Assembly (NCBI GenBank): GCA_043813525.1 | Contig: JBDRKY010000115.1 | Location: forward strand, 1-48,105 | Direction: 5' to 3' | DNA length: 48,105 nt | Source of the DNA: Candidatus Woesearchaeota archaeon | Lineage (GTDB): Archaea > Nanobdellota > Nanobdellia > Woesearchaeales > DSVV01 | Shown: positions 41,592 through 48,105 of the stretch, in pieces | Layout of the letters: each line of letters opens with the position of its first letter | How positions within the stretch are numbered: the stretch's first letter is position 1 | Position numbers and translations under genes: made by a program | Notes under the pieces: generated by a model | The model's database searches: none | Told to the model about the DNA's origin: nothing | What the model saw: the letters and a program-made list of their open reading frames with translations, nothing else

Positions 41592-43430
41592 ATGGGAATA
41601 GAAACAATCTGTGAAGGCGGAAGAGGGAGTGTTGCAACTGTATTTGTACAGTTAAGAAGGCATTTCCCTGGATTTGGCGGTTTAGTGAAGACAGAACAGG
41701 ATTTTGTTACAGCATGCAGAATGCCAAATGATAGTGAGCTTGATGAGACAGAGAATGAAGATGCTTTTAGTTATGAAGGAATAAGAGCAAGAGAAGCATT
41801 TAATGTATTTCTCAGGCATGCAGTAGTCAAAAAATTTGATGATTACTTTTTCAGAAAACAATTTTACAGATATGCGCATATCCCAAGACCATTAGGCTCT
41901 GACAGCAAAGGCGCATATTTTTATGAATGGGTATATGGAACAGAAGGGTTTCATGATGAATATCGCGACATGGAAACAGGCAGGATGATGGGAGTAGAGG
42001 TGGATGAATGGAATGCTGCAGGCAAATATTTTGGCAGCGCAGGCATAATGATATTTGATGACATAGCTGATCCTGATGATGGGCATTCAATAAAAAACAT
42101 CATAATCCAAGAGCCAAGCATATCATCATTTCCAATCCATATAACAAAACTGTGGAAAAGGATTGATTTTGGCTCTGAAAGCATGAAGATCTATTGGGAT
42201 AAAGTAGCAGATTTCATCAGAACTAATGAAGAGGACATGAACATATTTTTAAGACCAAAAAGAGTCAATATGATGAGATTGATTACAGAATATTTCATGT
42301 TAACAGAAACAAGTAAAAAATTTAGAAGATATGATGAGCTTGCCAATGAAATTTATTCATTCAGAAAAATAACAGCAGAGCATATGGGTGTCCAAGATAC
42401 AAGTCCATTGCCAGTACTTGTTGAAAACAGTAGAATAGCAGAGATATTATCTGATGAAGCAGTAAAAAGAGACAATAAAAGCTTTACTAAAAGAATGAAG
42501 GCAGGAAAAGGATTTATAGAGGACATGGAGATAAGGGACGGACACAGATGTATTGATGGAACAATATTTACACTGCAGGAAGTGCCTGTTGCAAGGCACA
42601 CTTTATTGATACAACCAGATGATAGATCAACAACTGCAGATGCTTTAGATCATAAAACTACTGCAGATGCTAATTATAGCTCTTTTCATGACGAGGAGAT
42701 TATCCCTCATTTTGGGAAAGATGATACAGGATTTATATTATTCCTCCGACATTTTCTGGCAAAAAAATTAGAAAATGCATTTATCAAAAGTAAAAAATAT
42801 CGTTTTGCACATATTGCAAGACCACTTGGCTCTGATGGAAGCAGCTGTTTCAGCCAATGGATATATGGAAGTGCAAGATGCCCAAAAGGTTTAACAGACA
42901 AAGAAGAACCCAGCAGCAAAACAGAAGGATTAAATGATTGGCCAGAATTTATATCATATTTTAAGGATGCAGGCATTGATTTTAAAAGTGGATTAAAATA
43001 TGCTAAAAAAAAAGGAGACAGAACAGGTACTGAATATGCTGAACAGATAATAGTAAGACAGCCATATACCGATAGAGAAGAGATTTATATTTCAAGGATG
43101 TGGACGAGAATCTATTTTGATGAGGATAATACACCATTTGATTTGGACAGGTTAAAGAATTATCTGACTGATAATGAAACTATCCTAAGGAAAAATCTAA
43201 CACAAAACAGATATGAAACAATGGTATTGGCTGTGAAATATCTAAAACAAACAAAAACAGATAAAGAGACAAGAAAACAGATAGAAATAGATAATATGAC
43301 TGAGGAAGAATTAGATAATCTTAAAGAAGGTATTCACTCTTACCGTGTTTCAGCTCTAAGGCATCTCAATCATATTGGCTTTGAGCCTCCACCAAAAGGA
43401 CTTATGGATCTGGTTGTTAAAAATAAATGA
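41592..43430 (+). CDS. Hypothetical protein with an internal duplication; possible atypical kinase-like fold
   Basis: FLRH...YRYAHIPRPLGSD...EWVYG repeats as FLRH...YRFAHIARPLGSD...QWIYG. The first half has D...KNII...WKRIDFG. AGGAGG ribosome-binding site. Confidence 0.7.
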   Translation: MGIETICEGGRGSVATVFVQLRRHFPGFGGLVKTEQDFVTACRMPNDSELDETENEDAFSYEGIRAREAFNVFLRHAVVKKFDDYFFRKQFYRYAHIPRPLGSDSKGAYFYEWVYGTEGFHDEYRDMETGRMMGVEVDEWNAAGKYFGSAGIMIFDDIADPDDGHSIKNIIIQEPSISSFPIHITKLWKRIDFGSESMKIYWDKVADFIRTNEEDMNIFLRPKRVNMMRLITEYFMLTETSKKFRRYDELANEIYSFRKITAEHMGVQDTSPLPVLVENSRIAEILSDEAVKRDNKSFTKRMKAGKGFIEDMEIRDGHRCIDGTIFTLQEVPVARHTLLIQPDDRSTTADALDHKTTADANYSSFHDEEIIPHFGKDDTGFILFLRHFLAKKLENAFIKSKKYRFAHIARPLGSDGSSCFSQWIYGSARCPKGLTDKEEPSSKTEGLNDWPEFISYFKDAGIDFKSGLKYAKKKGDRTGTEYAEQIIVRQPYTDREEIYISRMWTRIYFDEDNTPFDLDRLKNYLTDNETILRKNLTQNRYETMVLAVKYLKQTKTDKETRKQIEIDNMTEEELDNLKEGIHSYRVSALRHLNHIGFEPPPKGLMDLVVKNK

Positions 43431-43622
43431 ATAATAAATAAGATAATTATTCTTATTAGAATAAAAACATCAAGAACATTTAAATAAATATTATGATTAT
43501 TTGTTGAATATGAATAACAATAAGATTGCATATAAAATAAGCAAGTTTAAAAAATTCAATATACAGCTTCAGGCAGTTCTTAATAGATTTAATAATTTGT
43601 TCATGATTAGTATGTAAAAAGC

Positions 43623-43636
43623 AAACTATTTAAATA
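43623..43636 (+). promoter_or_regulatory. Putative BRE/TATA box for metG
   Basis: AAACTATTTAAATA about 24 nt before ATG 43660. Similar boxes precede 35533, 40187 and 46168. Confidence 0.45.
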
Positions 43637-43659
43637 ATACATATACTCTATACTATAGC

Positions 43660-46092
43660 ATGACAAAAAGTAAAGTTAAAGCCAGCAATAATAAGATTAA
43701 CAACAATAAAATCAATAATTCATATAATCAGCACAAGATCTTAGTAACAAGTGCACTTCCTTATGCAAATGGAAGTATTCATCTTGGGCATCTGGTTGAA
43801 TATATACAGACAGATATATTTGTGAGATTCTTAAAATTGATTGGGAAAGATGCTATATATTGCTGTGCAGATGATACACATGGCACTCCAATAGAGATAA
43901 AAGCAAAACAATTAGGCATAAGACCAGAAGAGCTAATCGCAAAATACTGGAAAGAGCATACAAAAGATTTTGCTGATTTCCATATTAAGTTTGACAGTTA
44001 TTATTCAACAAATTCTGTTGAGAACAAAGAATATTCTGTTTACATCTATGAACAGCTGAAGAAGAAAGGATTGATATACAGAAAAAAGATGCAGCTGATC
44101 TATTGCAATCATTGTAAAAGATTCCTGCCTGACAGATTTGTGAAAGGCACTTGTCCTGTACCAGAATGCAACGCAGAAGACCAATATGGAGATATCTGTG
44201 AAAAATGCGGAAACACGCATAACACAACTGATCTTATCAATCCAAAATGTACAATCTGCGGGAACAAACCAGTTGAAAAAGAAAGCGAGCATTATTTTTT
44301 CAGGCTTAGCAGATGCAAAGACCAGTTAATACATTTCCTGCAGTCAGCTCTTCAGAAAAAGAAACTTCAGAAAGAGGTTGTTAATTTTTGCATGAACTGG
44401 ATTGAAAAGCTTGAAGATTGGTGTATTTCAAGAGACGGTCCGTATTTTGGTTTTGAAATACCAGATTCAAAAAAAGAGACAGGTGATGTCAAATATTTCT
44501 ATGTATGGTTAGATGCCCCTGTGGGTTATATTGCAAGCACTGCGAATTATTGTAAAAATGCTGCAAATGCAGTTAGTTGTAAAGATGATGCTGATGTAAA
44601 TGATAAAGAGATTAAAAAAAAAGATAAAAAAAGTGAACCAGTCACTGAAAAAGATTATTGGACCCCTAAAAAACCTGAAGACAGCGAAATAATCCATATA
44701 ATAGGTAAAGATATAGTCTATTTCCATTACCTGTTCTGGCCTGCGATGTTGGAGAATGCAGGAATCAAAGTTCCTGATCAGATTATGACACATGGCTTTT
44801 TAACAGTTAACAAGGAAAAGATGAGCAAATCCAGAGGAACTTTTATCACTGCAAGACATTATCTAAAATATCTTGATCCGCAGTATCTCAGATTTTATTA
44901 TGCAGCAAATCTTACTGCAAAGATGGAAGACATTGATCTGGATATCAAAGATTTCAAAGAAAGAATCAACAGTGAACTTATTGGGAATCTTGGAAATTTT
45001 GGGTACAGGACTGTCAGCTTCATCAACAAGAATTTTGATTCAAAAATTGGAGAATTTGATGTTGAAGATAAAAATGTGCAGAAGATAATAAATGAGTTCA
45101 AGAAAAGCTCAGTTGAGATAAGAAAAAATTATCATGATTTTGAGTTCAGAGAAGTTGTAAAGCAGATCCTCCACTTAAGCAGCCTTGGCAATAAATATTT
45201 TCAGGATAATGAGCCATGGAAATTAGTCAAAAGCATTTGTGTAGTTAAAGGCAGTTGTGACAAGAAAAACAATAATGATTGTGATAAGGATAAAGAGAAA
45301 GCGCACAAAGTTTTGAGCTTCTGTTTTCACATACTTAAAAATTTAGGGATAATGATATATCCTATCATGCCTATGTTTGCTGAAAGACTATATAAGCAGC
45401 TTAATATATATTCAGGAGATTCAGGAAACTGTACAAAAAGACTGGCGTGGGATGATATACACTTTGATATGAAGAATCATAAGATCAACAATGGAGAAAT
45501 ATTAGTCAAAAAGATTGAGGATGAAATTGAAGATATGATTAAAAATAATACAGATGAATTTAATCTAAACTTAAAGGTTTGTAAAGTTTTAGAAGTGAAA
45601 GATCATCCGAATGCAGACAGGTTATATTTGCTGAATATTGATTTAGGTAAAAACAAAGAAGGGAAAGAGGATAGAAGACAGTTAGTTGCTGGATTAAAAC
45701 AACACCTTAGTAAAGAGGATTTACTTGGAAAACATTTAATAGTTGCTGCTAATCTTGAGCCTGCAAAATTAAAAGGTGAAACCAGTGAAGGCATGCTGTT
45801 AGCTGCTGAGATTGTAAAAAAAGCTGAAGATAAAGACAGCAAGAAGAAAAAAGAAGAGAAAGTTGTAGTATTAGAGGCAGCAAATTCTAAGGTAGGCAGT
45901 AATGTTTATCCAGAAGGAAATAAGCCTGACAAAAATAAAGAATGGAAAACAATCACATTCAAAGAATTCTTAGAAAATAAGTTTGTTGTAAAAAATAAAC
46001 AAGTATTTGACATGAAGAGAGGAGTTAAAGCATTAACAACAGACAAAGAAAAAGTAAAAGCAGATATCGAAGATGGCGCTAAGGTTTGTTAA
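43660..46092 (+). CDS. metG: Methionyl-tRNA synthetase with C-terminal tRNA-binding (EMAP/Trbp111-like) domain
   Basis: TSALPYANGSIHLGH, Zn knuckles, DWCISRD, YVWLDAP, IGKDI, KMSKS; C-terminal HPNADRL...SEGMLLA. Confidence 0.97.
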   Translation: MTKSKVKASNNKINNNKINNSYNQHKILVTSALPYANGSIHLGHLVEYIQTDIFVRFLKLIGKDAIYCCADDTHGTPIEIKAKQLGIRPEELIAKYWKEHTKDFADFHIKFDSYYSTNSVENKEYSVYIYEQLKKKGLIYRKKMQLIYCNHCKRFLPDRFVKGTCPVPECNAEDQYGDICEKCGNTHNTTDLINPKCTICGNKPVEKESEHYFFRLSRCKDQLIHFLQSALQKKKLQKEVVNFCMNWIEKLEDWCISRDGPYFGFEIPDSKKETGDVKYFYVWLDAPVGYIASTANYCKNAANAVSCKDDADVNDKEIKKKDKKSEPVTEKDYWTPKKPEDSEIIHIIGKDIVYFHYLFWPAMLENAGIKVPDQIMTHGFLTVNKEKMSKSRGTFITARHYLKYLDPQYLRFYYAANLTAKMEDIDLDIKDFKERINSELIGNLGNFGYRTVSFINKNFDSKIGEFDVEDKNVQKIINEFKKSSVEIRKNYHDFEFREVVKQILHLSSLGNKYFQDNEPWKLVKSICVVKGSCDKKNNNDCDKDKEKAHKVLSFCFHILKNLGIMIYPIMPMFAERLYKQLNIYSGDSGNCTKRLAWDDIHFDMKNHKINNGEILVKKIEDEIEDMIKNNTDEFNLNLKVCKVLEVKDHPNADRLYLLNIDLGKNKEGKEDRRQLVAGLKQHLSKEDLLGKHLIVAANLEPAKLKGETSEGMLLAAEIVKKAEDKDSKKKKEEKVVVLEAANSKVGSNVYPEGNKPDKNKEWKTITFKEFLENKFVVKNKQVFDMKRGVKALTTDKEKVKADIEDGAKVC

Positions 46093-46167
46093 GTCTGTTA
46101 TGTATTATATTAAACAAATATATTAAATAGATATATTTAAAATATACAATGTATTTCTTAGTATAAA

Positions 46168-47943
46168 GTGACAGAATATATAGCAAAGACAGATGATGCA
46201 AAACAAACAAATGGGATAATCCAAGATATTGATATTATTGATATAAGCAATTCACTGCAGTATTTGGAAGGGACACAATTAGAAGGGCTCACATTAGAAG
46301 AATTATTGCAGAATATTGAAGATAATAATATATGGAATGAAGATAGGGATGAAGTTAAGGATATAATAGATTATACATCAAGATTATATTATGCAGTTGT
46401 TGAATTAAGAAAAAATCTGGCTAATGGAAAAGTACCTAATCTTGCAGAACTTGATAGAAAGTATGGTATCACCAAAAAAATAACAGGAAAATACAAACAA
46501 AGCAGCAGTTATATATCGCGTTATCTCAAACATTATCTTAGATCATTTTTTCCTAAAACAGAAGAAGAAAGAAAAGATTTTGCATATCTGCTTGGTGTCT
46601 TATCAAGAAATAGAAAAGGAAGGAAAAAAACTGATGTCAAGAGTGAACAAAACAAGAAAGTTGAGAAAACAATAGAAGATCCTGAAGTAATGAACAGAGT
46701 TATAGGCATATTAGAAAACATCACTGAAAGTGGGATAAAATCTTCAGATAGAATAAGGATACATAATGAACACCTGTCAAGAACTTTGATGTATATACTT
46801 AATCAGGAAAGCTGTGAGCTTTTCAATGAATATGTATGCACAGATGATGAGCATGCTGAATATATAAGAGGGCTTTTTGATGTTGAAAAACTAACTCTGA
46901 ATAAGCGTGATAATGGATGGCATTATTATATAATGCAGATCCCTAACACAATTGTTGCCAGAAAAGTATTAATGTCATTTATTGAGTTAGATATGTATCC
47001 ACATTATTACAGAGAAAAAGACCGTATCACAATAGAAGGCGCAGCTAATTTCAGAGTATTATATGAAAAAGGGTTTGTTAAAGATGCAAAGCAAAAAAGA
47101 GAATTAAAAAAAATTGTTGATGATATAAAATATTCTGAGATGGAAATATTCTATAGAGTAAGGCATGAAGTAAAAAGATTAATTGAAATTAAAACACGAA
47201 AGATGTTTGGAAGGAATGATTGGAAAGAGATGGCAAAAAGATATCCAGTCACTGCTACAACCCTTAGAAGCTGGAGTGAAGATCTTTTTGATAATGATGA
47301 TGAAAAGCCTGAAAAAGACACACAAAAACCACATGTTATAAAGAATTACAGAAAGAATTTAGCATTCATAAATGAAGCAGATGGTATTGATATACCTGAT
47401 GTATATGAAAGTGATGTTCCATTGATGAGAAGAAGAAAATTATTTGTTCCTGTCTTTGATGCTGATGGTATGAAAAGAGCCTATTGTTTCACTCATCAGG
47501 CTGTACAAAAATATTTGAGAAGTTATTTTGGAAAAAGAGATGGATTATCAGCTGAAGATATGGCTTTTCTCCAGAAAGAATTAGTCTATAATCTATCATT
47601 AGCTGATGAAAGAACACTTGATATGAAGATTGACGGCAATAAGGTAACAGGCATAAGATCAATACACTTGTTAGATGTGTTTTATGGAAGACAAAAATGG
47701 TACCAGATGACATTATGGCAGGCAAAAGAATTAAAAATATTTGGCAATGAAGAATGGATAAAGCTTACAACAAAGAATTTGTTGGTTGTTGCAGCAGCAT
47801 TTGGAAGAACTGTATCTGTGTTTTATATTGCTGAATCTGCCTACAAAAAACATATCAATCAGAAAGGTGTCAATAGAAAATATTCAGATGTAAGTTTTAA
47901 ATATACAGTCAGACCAGTAATTAAAAATAGGCTAAATAGATAA
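46168..47943 (+). CDS. Hypothetical protein with degenerate LAGLIDADG-like helices and possible HTH motifs
   Basis: 591-aa ORF; FAYLLGVLS and AEYIRGLFDVE about 95 aa apart; WKEMAKRYPVTATTLRSW looks HTH-like. Confidence 0.6.
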   Translation: MTEYIAKTDDAKQTNGIIQDIDIIDISNSLQYLEGTQLEGLTLEELLQNIEDNNIWNEDRDEVKDIIDYTSRLYYAVVELRKNLANGKVPNLAELDRKYGITKKITGKYKQSSSYISRYLKHYLRSFFPKTEEERKDFAYLLGVLSRNRKGRKKTDVKSEQNKKVEKTIEDPEVMNRVIGILENITESGIKSSDRIRIHNEHLSRTLMYILNQESCELFNEYVCTDDEHAEYIRGLFDVEKLTLNKRDNGWHYYIMQIPNTIVARKVLMSFIELDMYPHYYREKDRITIEGAANFRVLYEKGFVKDAKQKRELKKIVDDIKYSEMEIFYRVRHEVKRLIEIKTRKMFGRNDWKEMAKRYPVTATTLRSWSEDLFDNDDEKPEKDTQKPHVIKNYRKNLAFINEADGIDIPDVYESDVPLMRRRKLFVPVFDADGMKRAYCFTHQAVQKYLRSYFGKRDGLSAEDMAFLQKELVYNLSLADERTLDMKIDGNKVTGIRSIHLLDVFYGRQKWYQMTLWQAKELKIFGNEEWIKLTTKNLLVVAAAFGRTVSVFYIAESAYKKHINQKGVNRKYSDVSFKYTVRPVIKNRLNR

Positions 47944-47977
47944 ACGTTTCTTCTCCCATTTTAAGATAAAATATAAA

Positions 47978-48011
47978 GGTTGAAACCCTCTGTTTCCAGA
48001 GGATGACAACC
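47978..48011. other. Isolated two-stem hairpin
   Basis: GGTTG-AAAC-CCTCTG-TTTC-CAGAGG-ATGA-CAACC; the loop is GAAA when read on -. Confidence 0.6.
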
Positions 48012-48105
48012 CTAAACCGTTTCCTAAGAAATCTGTTTCCTTTCAAAAGTTATAAAGTTTTTCTTTTAGAGAACGGAAATGAGATAAAAATAGGGCTAAA
48101 AAACC

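Overview
AT-rich archaeal window, most consistent with a DPANN/Woesearchaeota-type genome (Nop10, PAC2 proteasome chaperone, archaeal-type MetG, TATA-like boxes about 25-30 nt before start codons, many class III signal peptide proteins). Housekeeping and metabolic genes: gyrB-nop10-PAC2, a MetH-MetF fusion, an APC permease and metG. About 30 kb is taken up by two inverted, divergent copies of an apparently undescribed secreted/surface cassette (266-10456 on +; 35123-16234 on -). Both have the order A (about 1300-aa Cys-rich exported protein), B (shared C-terminal domain, variable N-terminus), C (multi-TM membrane protein), D (class III signal peptide protein), E (variable cargo). The second copy ends in a protein with a peptidoglycan-binding-like domain and a possible clan CD protease domain, convergent with an L,D-transpeptidase-like (YkuD) gene. 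It also has MNT-HEPN and Fic genes interleaved. Both cassettes carry the same inverted heptamer-array element with a shared 29-nt core. Other items: a Cc1-like chromatin protein missing from the ORF track, a 34-aa mTERF/TALE-like repeat protein, a palindromic in-frame insert in metH, a tandem kinase-like protein, and the end of an IS481-like element. All family assignments are by eye from motifs; no searches were run.
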